Positions 10,877 to 19,951 of a stretch of 64,000 nucleotides of DNA are shown one piece after another. Each line of letters starts with the position of its first letter. Position 1 is the stretch's first letter. Position numbers and translations under genes: made by a program. The notes under the pieces are model-generated. The model did not search any database and was not told the origin of the DNA. It worked only from the letters and a program-made list of their open reading frames with translations. The stretch comes from Endomicrobiales bacterium. GTDB taxonomy: Bacteria; Elusimicrobiota; Endomicrobiia; Endomicrobiales; CAWCFT01. Where the stretch lies: the NCBI GenBank assembly GCA_963794945.1, contig CAWCFT010000002.1:64001-128000 (forward strand). The letters run 5' to 3'.

Positions 10877-11752
10877 ATGAAAACATTAGCTCCCATTATC
10901 CAGAGCCTTCGCGTTAAACAGTGGACAAAGAACCTGCTTATTTTCGCGGGTATACTATTTTCTCAGAACATTTTCGTCCCGCAGATGTTCTTGAGCGTTC
11001 TTTGCGGCTTTTTGGTATTTTGCCTGCTTTCAGGCGCGGTTTACATATTAAATGACATAGCGGACGCTGACCGCGACAGGAAACACCCCGTTAAATGCTC
11101 CCGGCCGATAGCTTCAGGCGCGCTCAGCGTTAAAACAGCCGTCTACGCTTTCATAGTTATAGTAGTCGCGTGCCTGGCCGCGTCATTCTATCTGGGGCCC
11201 TATTTCTTTGCTGCGGCGGTCACATACCTTTTCCTTCAGGTGGCTTACAGCTTTCTACTTAAACACGTTGTCATACTTGACGTGTTCACCATAGCGGCCG
11301 GTTTCGTGCTCAGGGTAATCGCGGGAGCGGTGGTGATAGAAGTCGAGATATCTTCCTGGCTTATCATATGCACGATCCTGCTTTCCCTGTTCCTTGGCTT
11401 TTCAAAAAGGCGGCACGAGCTTGCTTCGATGGAAAATGGCGCCCACGAGCACAGAAAAGTACTTGAGGATTATTCTGTCTACCTCATCGACCAGATGATA
11501 TCGGTCGTTACTGCGTCCACAGTTATATGCTACGCGCTGTACACAATGGCGGATGAAACCATAGCCAAATTCGGCACTTCCAACCTGATATTCACCGTCC
11601 CTTTTGTCCTTTACGGCATATTCAGATACCTGTACCTGATCCACAAGAAAGGCGAGGGCGGCAATCCCGAAAATATTCTGGTCACTGATGTCCCGCTTAT
11701 CATCGATATCGTACTCTGGGCCGTGACGTCGGGCCTGATACTATATTTATAA
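10877..11752 (+). CDS. UbiA-family polyprenyl-phosphate phosphoribosyltransferase (DPPR synthase-like)
   Basis: RVKQWTKNLLIF, YILNDIADADRDRKHPVK..RPIASG, LKHVVILDV, GFVLRV, KRRHE. Confidence 0.88.
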   Translation: MKTLAPIIQSLRVKQWTKNLLIFAGILFSQNIFVPQMFLSVLCGFLVFCLLSGAVYILNDIADADRDRKHPVKCSRPIASGALSVKTAVYAFIVIVVACLAASFYLGPYFFAAAVTYLFLQVAYSFLLKHVVILDVFTIAAGFVLRVIAGAVVIEVEISSWLIICTILLSLFLGFSKRRHELASMENGAHEHRKVLEDYSVYLIDQMISVVTASTVICYALYTMADETIAKFGTSNLIFTVPFVLYGIFRYLYLIHKKGEGGNPENILVTDVPLIIDIVLWAVTSGLILYL

Positions 11753-11763
11753 ACACATATACT

Positions 11764-11914
11764 AAAATTCAAATATCAAAAATCAAAAGTCAAAATTATA
11801 TATCAAAATATAAAAATATACACTATAGAATAGTCTGAAAATATTAATGATTGTCTATAGCCTGTTAAAGCCGTTAACATTATTTTTGATATTTAATATT
11901 TGATTCTTGATATT
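11764..11914. repeat. AT-rich heptamer (TCAAAAA/TCAAATA) inverted repeat
   Basis: TCAAATATCAAAAATCAAAAGTCAAAA ... TTTTTGATATTTAATATTTGATTCTTGATA. Confidence 0.7.
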
Positions 11915-11935
11915 AACAATTAAGGAGTTATCATA

Positions 11936-12977
11936 ATGTCATCTTATCTTATCACCGGCGGAGCCGGATTTCTGGGCATCAACCTTGTGAGGTACCTTCT
12001 TGCGAGGGGCCATTCCGTAGTTACTCTTGATATCGCGGCGTTCGACTACCCCGACGTCAAAGACAAAATTAAGATCATCACCGGGGACATAAGGGACAAG
12101 GCGGCGGTAGAGGCCGCGATGCAGGGCGTCGATATCGTGATCCACACGGCCGCGGCGCTGCCGCTTTACACAAAAGAAGATATTTACACGACAGACGTCG
12201 TGGGCACAAAGAACGTGATAGACTCGGCTTTTGACCATAAAGTTCAGCGGTTCATACAGATATCGTCTACCGCGGTTTACGGCATACCCGACCACCACCC
12301 CCTGCTTGAAGACGACAAGCTTGAAGGCGTCGGCCCTTACGGGCAGGCGAAGATAGACGCGGAAGCGGTGTGCCTAGAGTACAGGAAAAAAGGCATGTGC
12401 GTACCGATAATCCGCCCAAAATCGTTCATCGGGCCGGAAAGGCTCGGCGTTTTTGCCCTGTTTTATGACTGGGCTAAAGACGGCAGGGGCTTTCCTATGA
12501 TAGGAAGCGGCAACAACCGCTACCAGCTTCTTGATGTTGAAGACCTGTGCGATGCTATTTATCTCACCGCCACGCTTGACAAACAGAACCGTCAACGATA
12601 CGTTCAACATAGGCGCCACGGATTTCACGACCATGAAAGAGGATTATCAGGCCGTACTTGACGAGGCCGGCTTCGGAAAGAAAGTAACCGGCTTTCCGGC
12701 CGCTCCCCTTATAATTACGCTGAGGATCCTAGAATTCTTCAAACTTTCGCCTCTTTACAAATGGGTTTACGAAACGGCCTCAAAAGATTCATTTGTTTCA
12801 ACGCAAAAAGCTGAAAAGCTTCTTGGCTTCAAGCCGAAATTCTCGAACAAGGACGCTTTGGTCCGCAACTTCAAATGGTACATTAAAAATTTGGCCCATT
12901 TTAAAAATACCAGCGGAGTATCCCACAGGGTGCCGTGGAAACAGGGGATACTGGGTCTGGCGAAGGTATTCTTTTAA
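11936..12977 (+). CDS. NAD-dependent epimerase/dehydratase (frameshift near 12590)
   Basis: ITGGAGFLG, GDIRD, SSTAVYG, YGQAK; C-terminal half in ORF 12531-12977. Confidence 0.85.
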
Positions 12978-13028
12978 CTCCCGCGATTAATGCTTTATAA
13001 TTTCTTCAAAGATATTTGGTAGGGCGGG

Positions 13029-13192
13029 AAGATAATTTCGAAATCCCAATATCGAAATCCTAAACAATATCAAATAACCAAAACTGCAAAACAACAAATA
13101 GAGGCCAGGCGCGAATAAGTTGAATTTCTTTGATCATTAGAGTTTTTCTATTTGCAGTTTTTTTCGATATTCGTGTTTCGGATTTCGGATTT
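13029..13192. repeat. Palindromic intergenic repeat, TTCGAA family, copy 2
   Basis: Shares ends and inner blocks (AAACTGCAAAAC, TTGAATTTCTTTG) with 6862-7025. Confidence 0.75.
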
Positions 13193-13283
13193 ATTATAAG
13201 CAGCGAATAAAGTCAAATAAATGCTCATTTAATAGAATACAGGTACAGTTTAATATTGCCGATTAATCAATAAGGAGGGGCAG

Positions 13284-14714
13284 ATGATATCTTTGACAAA
13301 GTATCAGATGCTGGATGCGGAGCTTTCGCAAATTGAGGGAGAAGACAGGCAGTTCCAGTGCAGGCAGGTCAGCGACGCCGATGTCAAGGCAATGGCTGAA
13401 ACGCTTAAAAAAGAGAAGCAGAAGGTGCCGATTTACCTGCTGCGGCGCAGGAACGGCAAATTGCAAATATTGTGCGGGTTTACCAGATATCTTGCGGCAA
13501 AACTGTTGGGCTGGGCAACAATAGTCGCTATAATTATCCCTGAAGAAGACTTTGAGAACGAAAATGAGATATATAAGTTCGGGGTAATAGAGAACGGCAA
13601 GCGCAAGCCGTTAAGTAATGCGGACAAGGGGAATATTTGCAAAAGTATGAGCGCAAGGGGCATGAACAACGTTGAAATTGGGGAATGTTTAGGCATAAGC
13701 GAAAAACAGGTGCGCAGGTATTTAAAGATAGCCAATGCCCCGGCTGAAGTGCAAAAAGGCATGAGCGACAATAGTGTTCCGCTTAGGGCAATAGACAATA
13801 TTGACCCGGCAACCGGCCAGCTCGGCACGCGTGCCGAGCAAATTGTGGATAACCCCAATTCACGCGTAAAATCAGTGAAAAACGGGTTTGACGCAACCCT
13901 GAAATTCCGGCTTGGGCGCGATGGGGCGGATTTGATCAAGAAGTTTAAGGCCAATATAGATGAGGCGTTTAAAGAAGCGCAAAAACCACAACCAGTGTCT
14001 CGGGCCAGCCATGGCGGGCTTGACCCGGCGGCTGTAAAGGCCGCAAAGGCCACGCTCAAGGCCGACAAGATTGAGGCAGACGGGATTGAAGCGGAGATCA
14101 AGCTCGGGCAGGCCGCGGTCAAGAATGCTGAAAAGGGTAAGCTCGATTCGTCCGCCATGAAACAGCAGTTACAGGAAAAGATAGATAAGCTTAAAGCGCT
14201 GAAACTCAAGATCAAAGAAGCAGAGAAGTTTTTGAAACCCGCCTCTGCTAAACCCAAAAAACCCACTATTCAACAAGCCCCAGGCCGATCATCCCAACCC
14301 CAAGTGTCATCCCAGTCCAATGTGTCATCTCCATCAAATATGTCATCTCGACCGCAGGGAGAGATCTTACCATTAGGCAATAACTCCGCTGTCGGTTTTG
14401 ACCTGATAGAATTGAAGCTGTCTTTCGACCCGTCAAAACCGCCCGCGGAAAAGCTAACCGAAATAAGCCTCACACTTAATGAATCCAAACCAATATATGC
14501 AACGGCGCAGGTTATGGGAAACCCAGTTCCGCTGGACAAAAGCAATAAAGAAATAAAGTGGCATGGCGACGGCGTTGAAGTAACGCCAAACTGGGGCCCG
14601 GAGGTAACCATAAAACTGCCCGCGCCGCTTGCCCAGCCCGGCAAGCTGACAGTCTCCTGCCGGATGCCAAACGGCAAAGACATTGAAGCAAGCGCGGTTG
14701 TAAAACAATCCTGA
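13284..14714 (+). CDS. ParB/Srx-like N-terminal domain + HTH protein, paralogue 1
   Basis: AGGAGG RBS; MAETLKKEKQKVPIYL..QILCGFTRYLAAKLLGWATI..IENGKRKPLS, HTH EIGECLGISEKQVRRYL; coiled coil, low-complexity linker, unique beta-rich C-terminus. Confidence 0.8.
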   Translation: MISLTKYQMLDAELSQIEGEDRQFQCRQVSDADVKAMAETLKKEKQKVPIYLLRRRNGKLQILCGFTRYLAAKLLGWATIVAIIIPEEDFENENEIYKFGVIENGKRKPLSNADKGNICKSMSARGMNNVEIGECLGISEKQVRRYLKIANAPAEVQKGMSDNSVPLRAIDNIDPATGQLGTRAEQIVDNPNSRVKSVKNGFDATLKFRLGRDGADLIKKFKANIDEAFKEAQKPQPVSRASHGGLDPAAVKAAKATLKADKIEADGIEAEIKLGQAAVKNAEKGKLDSSAMKQQLQEKIDKLKALKLKIKEAEKFLKPASAKPKKPTIQQAPGRSSQPQVSSQSNVSSPSNMSSRPQGEILPLGNNSAVGFDLIELKLSFDPSKPPAEKLTEISLTLNESKPIYATAQVMGNPVPLDKSNKEIKWHGDGVEVTPNWGPEVTIKLPAPLAQPGKLTVSCRMPNGKDIEASAVVKQS

Positions 14715-14871
14715 GCCCGTGGTCCCTAAGCAGGCAAAGGCCGTAATAGCATGGGATTGTGACAATTGATACAATATGAGTCAAAAAGTTAGAAAAGGGT
14801 GTGGTATGAATCAATAGGTGACCCCATTGAATGCTGGGAGCCTATCTGAGAATCAAGGTTTTGGGATGTAT

Positions 14872-14900
14872 TTGACTTACATTTATTAGCAAAGTATAAT
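14872..14900 (+). promoter_or_regulatory. Sigma70 promoter of the AAA/DUF3226 cassette
   Basis: TTGACT-17 bp-TATAAT, near consensus. Confidence 0.7.
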
Positions 14901-15018
14901 AATATCCATTAATACTTGTCAGGTTGTTTATTTTCATAAAGACTGATGCTAAGAAAAAAGCTTATAAACAGTATTTTTTAATGATATTTTATATTTAGAA
15001 AAACAAGAGAGGTGCGAA

Positions 15019-16125
15019 ATGCTTAAATCTTTTAAGGTGGAAAATTTCAAATGTTTTAAAAATCTTGCGCTTGATGATTTTAGTCGTTTTAATATTATTG
15101 TGGGGAAAAATGCTGCGGGCAAAACTACTTTGCTCGAAGCGATCAAGATAATGCTTGATGGAGCTCCAGGATCTCTACCCTGGCTGAATAGTTTTCGCAA
15201 TATTCCCATTTTTATTCCACAAAATCCTACAGCAGAACAATTCCGGCAACAATTTACCGGATTCTTTCACGGATTCCACCATGAGATACCAATAAAAATG
15301 CATACCGTGGACTTCAACAACAGAAATGCGGCATTATCTATTTATTTTGACCCTAAGAAAGCTATTAGCATTCAGCCGAAAATTGGTTTTCAACAGTCAG
15401 CATCAGTTCCACAGCCAGACACATCATCGGTTTCACCGACAACAGTGGTGCCATTAGCATTTGATAGAATGGATTTTGAAGGTCATAGGGATATACCTCT
15501 TATCACTATCCAACCTGGCGGTCAAGTATTCTATCAACAAGGAAAATCAATGGGAATTTCTTCTGGTTTTATAACAGGCACATATATTGGATATCCCTCT
15601 GAAAATGCTACTTGGCTATCAACATTGAGCGTGCAAAAACGCAGCAAAGATGTCATAGAGGCATTACGTCAACATTTTTCATTTATAGAAAATGTAACGG
15701 TAGAAGCACCGTTTCAAGGACTCCCTCCACTTGTATACGCTGATATAAAAAATATTCCCGAGAAACTACCACTGTTTGCAGTTTCAGCAGGAATTAGCAG
15801 AATTTTTACGTTTATAGTAGCAGTAGTTACGTATGGCAAAGGAGTTTTACTAATAGATGAAATTGAAAATGGAATTTTTAACGATCAATATCAGCTTGTT
15901 TGGAAAAGCTTAATTGACCTCGCCCGGCAAAATAACACTCAATTATTTGTTAGTACGCATAGTAATGAATGTTTGCGAGCCATACTTCCCATAATGAAGG
16001 ACAACGAGGATGATTTTACGTTTCTTCGCGCTGAACATCAAAACGGAAATTCAAGTATTTCCCGATTTGACGGAAAGGAGATGGAAGCAGCTTTAGCCAA
16101 TGGAGCAGAGATACGATCGGCTTAG
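15019..16125 (+). CDS. AAA_15/AAA_21 (AbiEii-like) ABC-type ATPase
   Basis: VENFKCF, GKNAAGKTTLLEAI, signature-like VSAGISR, LLIDEIENG, FVSTHS; AT-rich relative to neighbours. Confidence 0.85.
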   Translation: MLKSFKVENFKCFKNLALDDFSRFNIIVGKNAAGKTTLLEAIKIMLDGAPGSLPWLNSFRNIPIFIPQNPTAEQFRQQFTGFFHGFHHEIPIKMHTVDFNNRNAALSIYFDPKKAISIQPKIGFQQSASVPQPDTSSVSPTTVVPLAFDRMDFEGHRDIPLITIQPGGQVFYQQGKSMGISSGFITGTYIGYPSENATWLSTLSVQKRSKDVIEALRQHFSFIENVTVEAPFQGLPPLVYADIKNIPEKLPLFAVSAGISRIFTFIVAVVTYGKGVLLIDEIENGIFNDQYQLVWKSLIDLARQNNTQLFVSTHSNECLRAILPIMKDNEDDFTFLRAEHQNGNSSISRFDGKEMEAALANGAEIRSA

Positions 16126-16137
16126 AGGTGTGTAATA

Positions 16138-16791
16138 ATGGACAATTTTGAGTTTACTAAATCACACTTTTTAATGTGCGAAGGCGATGACGATAAGGGA
16201 TTTCTGGAGACTCTCATTAAAGAGCGTGGCTTACCTGATTTCCAAGTTTGTCATGCAGCGGAATGTAATGATAAAAATACGGGGGGAAGACCTGGTTTTG
16301 AACATTCTCTTGCCGGTTTCTCGATCATTAAAGGTTTCGCATATGTAAAAGCAATACTTATTGTTTCGGATAATGACACGCCTGCTTCATTCAACGAAGT
16401 CTGTAGTGCACTGACTAATAATAACTATACTGCACCAAGCACACCTAATTCAGTTGGATCAATTAAAACAAAACCAGTGGCAATTCTTATGATTCCACGT
16501 AATAAGAATGGAGATTTAGAAACGCTGTGTCTTCCGTCAATTCATGAAAAGTGGCCAAAGTCATCAGAATGCGTCACGTCCTTTCTTAGATGTACAGGAG
16601 CCGATCAGTGGCAAAAATCTTCTAGTGTTAATAAGGCTCGCGCAAGAGCTGCGACAGTCGGATTCAATGAAGAAGACCCATTTAGAGGAATAGGCCATCT
16701 GTTCAGGCGCGGCACGCTTTCTAGTAAAAATGCCTGCTTTGATGAAGTTGCAGAATTTCTCAAAAATTTCGATAAAATGTGTAATATATAG
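16138..16791 (+). CDS. DUF3226-like TOPRIM-fold protein (putative nuclease partner)
   Basis: MCEGDDD (TOPRIM EGxxD), IVSDND (DxD), GDLETLCL; 12 bp downstream of the ATPase. Confidence 0.65.
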   Translation: MDNFEFTKSHFLMCEGDDDKGFLETLIKERGLPDFQVCHAAECNDKNTGGRPGFEHSLAGFSIIKGFAYVKAILIVSDNDTPASFNEVCSALTNNNYTAPSTPNSVGSIKTKPVAILMIPRNKNGDLETLCLPSIHEKWPKSSECVTSFLRCTGADQWQKSSSVNKARARAATVGFNEEDPFRGIGHLFRRGTLSSKNACFDEVAEFLKNFDKMCNI

Positions 16792-16937
16792 TTTATAAAT
16801 CCCACAGAAAAACCTATTTATAAATACCTTCTAAGATATATTTTATATTCACAACGCATAAATAAACAGAAAATGTTGTTCAGTGTTCTGTAACTAAACA
16901 AATGGTGTCACCTATGAAAGAAAAAGTCAAGGTGACA

Positions 16938-17150
16938 AAAAGTATCTCCGCAGTAGTTTCTAACTACTGATCTGTTCTGTTAAACAAGTTCTTTGGCCGT
17001 TCGCCCGCTTTGTATCGTAAGAAGCTCCGAAAATATCCGGACTTCAGTCACCTATTGGCAGCTCTGCACTTGGCGGACTGCATGATAGAATCGGGCGACG
17101 CCCCTCCGCTAATCAGACTTGTTGAAGCTGTCAGCCTTGCGGCGGACACT
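16938..17150 (-). ncRNA. Candidate bridge RNA/seekRNA in the IS right (3') non-coding end
   Basis: ~210-nt non-coding segment after the transposase stop; contains TCACCTAT (17048-17055, equal to the donor end 16908-16915) and TCAGACTTG / GTCAGCCTTG (17113-17121, 17130-17139) resembling target GTCAGGCTTG. Confidence 0.6.
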
Positions 17151-18177
17151 TCAGGCACCATTGAGCGCGAGGGACGCCGTAGTCCGTATATAATATGGCC
17201 GCTTATCTTTCAAAACTCGATACACAATTTTCAATAAATCTCTGGCAAGAGCCACTCGCGCCACGTTGGGCGCTTTCCGTTTGGCTATAGCTTCATACTT
17301 TTCTGTTCGTTCAACGCTGCTCTTTGAAAAATGGTGAACTGCCTCAATCAATATCCACTGTAGGTGTTTACGCCGATTCTTATTTAAAGAACCGTGATAT
17401 TCTTTGTCGGCGCTCTGGAATGTTCTCGGTGCAAGGCCTGCGTACGCGCAGAGGCGGTTAAATGTTGTAAAACGGCTAATATCGCCTATCTCGCTTTTAA
17501 TAAGCAATGCACTAAAACTGCCGATCCCAGGAATACTTTCAAGATTCCGTGCGTCGGGATCACTTTCGGCTATTGCATGTAGTTGCCACCCGATACGGTT
17601 TTCACGCGCATTCAAAGCGCCTATTTGCTCAATCCAGTTTTCTGCGGCAATCCGGCACGGTTCAGATAATTTGTTCACCGCAATACCGTTCAATTGCTTC
17701 ATTGAAGTATAGTCACCCGTTGACATCTGTCCATGGCGATCAAGAAGTGACTTTAACCGTGCTGTGTTCCGCGTTCGTTCACTGACAATGCTCATCCGGC
17801 AATGCAACAGTTCTTTAATAGCTCGTATCTTCTTGTCTGGCAGCTCTACTGTAGGTAAATAGCCCTTACGGAGCACATCGGCTATAAGCCGGGCATCTAT
17901 CTTGTTCTGTTTTCTTGTTTCGTTTTGCAAATGCTTTCAGCTCGTACGAATTCGCAAGATACACCTTGTAAGCATATTCTTCGGCGAGATCAACGAAATA
18001 GTACCAATTGTAAGTCGTTTCAACTGCAAGTGTAAATGGTCGTGGGAGCGTTTTATAATATGATCGCAACACTTCTGGCAAATTTGCTATACTCTGGCTG
18101 TCAATCCGTTTGCCCTGCTCGTTCGTCACGTAAAACCAAGAACGCTCTTTGTGCAAGTCTACACCAACATAATTCAT
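17151..18177 (-). CDS. IS110 transposase/recombinase (one-base frameshift near 17905-17910)
   Basis: MNYVGVDLHK, LAVETT, KT(D)KIDA across the frameshift, LESIPGIG, AYAGLAPRTFQSA, ARVALARDLL; GAGGAGG RBS. Confidence 0.9.
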
Positions 18178-18436
18178 GGCAACCTCCTCGTTTTGTCTTA
18201 TTGCTCGATACAATAAGTTTAACAAAACTAGATGGAGGTTGCTTTCATATTATCAGGCTTGACTTATTGAACTAAAAAGATTTTGACAAAATCTATAAAT
18301 TGACTCAATGAATAAAAACAGCGGCGATCCTGACTAAGTGATTTAAAGGACGTAAAGGATAATAGTTAGTGAAGCCGAGACAGCATTTTATAATGTCTAT
18401 AAATGAATGGTTTGATTCCGTAATCTCAAGGATACA

Positions 18437-18916
18437 ATGTTTAACTCAATTAAAAGCATCATGGGTTTTTTGGCTGGTGTTGCTATAACAGTAGGATTGT
18501 TGACTAGCCGCCACCTTATCCCGGGAGGTATCGGGTACGGCGCCGGTTACTTGTTAATGCCGTTTCAGATCATTTTTCTGATCATAGGCGGGCTGATAGT
18601 ACTGTCGGCTACATTATGGGCAGCCGGAAAATTGCTCAACGGCGCGGTTACCTGGAAAGAACCGCGCGTCATTATAGCGGCCCTTTCAATCGCGTTCATT
18701 GCGAACGCCCTCTTTATCGCCCTGGTTGATCTGTTCGCCTTAAAAAGCGGGCCGAGGTCATTGATAGCCTTGCTTGGGGTGCCGGTCATTTACGGCAACC
18801 TTTCAGCTGTCCTTTGTAAAACAAGCCTTAAAACCGCCATGCTCAACATCTTCGCCGGCGCGCTTGCCACGATGGGCGCAGGTTTCATTATAACCGCGAT
18901 TATTCGCGGCTGGTAG
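18437..18916 (+). CDS. Hypothetical membrane protein
   Basis: AAGGA RBS; about five hydrophobic segments. Confidence 0.7.
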   Translation: MFNSIKSIMGFLAGVAITVGLLTSRHLIPGGIGYGAGYLLMPFQIIFLIIGGLIVLSATLWAAGKLLNGAVTWKEPRVIIAALSIAFIANALFIALVDLFALKSGPRSLIALLGVPVIYGNLSAVLCKTSLKTAMLNIFAGALATMGAGFIITAIIRGW

Positions 18917-18948
18917 AAAATAGGCTAAAAGGCATAAAGGATAATGTT

Positions 18949-19383
18949 ATGAAAACATTTTATGCTATGGTATTGATGGTGTCGTTGGCAGCTGCGGGGG
19001 TTGCGCCTTTGGCGGGCGAGTCGGATGAAACGGATAAAGGCAAAACGGAGGAACAGAGCGCGGTTCCGGACAGCGCTGCCATTAGTTCACTGCTCAATAA
19101 CCTCGATAAGATCACGTATTCCAACGGCCAGGTTTTAGTTGACGGGAAGCCTCTCAATATAGGTTCGATCGGCGGCCTTTCAGACATTAAGATAACGGAA
19201 TCAGCAAACGGGCAAACTCTCGCGAACGGGCAGCCTCTCTCATACTATGTCAATATACTGCAGGCTAATTCCAGTTTGCTCGCGGCGTTTGTAAATAATT
19301 CTACCAGGGACGCGTATAACGCCTTGATGGCCCTTATCAGTTCAAAGAAGCAAAATGATAACAGCGCCGCCCAGCCTAAATGA
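18949..19383 (+). CDS. Hypothetical secreted protein
   Basis: AAGGA RBS, signal peptide MKTFYAMVLMVSLAAAGVAPLA. Confidence 0.65.
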   Translation: MKTFYAMVLMVSLAAAGVAPLAGESDETDKGKTEEQSAVPDSAAISSLLNNLDKITYSNGQVLVDGKPLNIGSIGGLSDIKITESANGQTLANGQPLSYYVNILQANSSLLAAFVNNSTRDAYNALMALISSKKQNDNSAAQPK

Positions 19384-19439
19384 ATTTATTAATATAAGTG
19401 GGGCGGTTGCAATTAATTATATGGAGAAGGAGCTTATAA

Positions 19440-19946
19440 ATGAATCAAACCCCGGCAGAAGAAAATGTAAAACTCGCAAAGATATTTAACATTAAGGCAA
19501 CGTGGGCAGGCTTTTTGAAAGCCGGCGCGCTTGGGCCGGGTTCACCGGAAATGCCGACAAGCGGGACTTATGACAGTAAAACGATCGCGGACCGGTTCTG
19601 GTATGTTTGCGACATGGATATTGCATTTGGAGCCGGCAATAACAGCTTGCATTGGAAAGGGCATATGGCCGTTGGCTGGAACGAGATGAACAAAACTTAT
19701 AGCGCGGTTTTAGTTGATAATTTAGGGATATACCTGCCAATGACAGGTGAAATGAAAGGCGAGATTTTTATTCTTACTTCCACAATAGGCAACACTCTTA
19801 ACGGAAAAAAGACAAAGGCGCGTTTTACCTGGGATTTCTCTCAACAGGACAATATCCAGTTCACAAATGAGCACCAGGCCGATGACGGCCCCTGGCAGCT
19901 GTTCGAAGTGGAAACAATTAAACCCGTTTGGGAGTCAAAACTCTAA
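19440..19946 (+). CDS. Hypothetical protein (DUF1579-like)
   Basis: AAGGAG RBS; beta-rich with WKGHMAVGWN..KTY..VLVDNLG pattern. Confidence 0.55.
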   Translation: MNQTPAEENVKLAKIFNIKATWAGFLKAGALGPGSPEMPTSGTYDSKTIADRFWYVCDMDIAFGAGNNSLHWKGHMAVGWNEMNKTYSAVLVDNLGIYLPMTGEMKGEIFILTSTIGNTLNGKKTKARFTWDFSQQDNIQFTNEHQADDGPWQLFEVETIKPVWESKL

Positions 19947-19951
19947 TGTTT

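Larger units (their letters stand above)
16908..18255 (-). mobile_element. IS110-family insertion sequence, IS1111-type
   Basis: DEDD transposase; sub-terminal IRs TATGAAAG (16913-16920) / CTTTCATA (18242-18249); TCA at both ends; rejoined flanks match 61514-61544 at 30/31. Confidence 0.9.

Noticed and set aside
13433..14266. Long antisense ORFs (also 26090-26791, 46481-47275, 60379-60990, 63539-64000)
   Set aside because: They shadow well-supported genes on the opposite strand and lack recognisable motifs
17866..17930. Programmed frameshifting in the transposase
   Set aside because: Not typical of the IS110 family; one extra A in the conserved KTDKID codons fits the window-wide indel pattern
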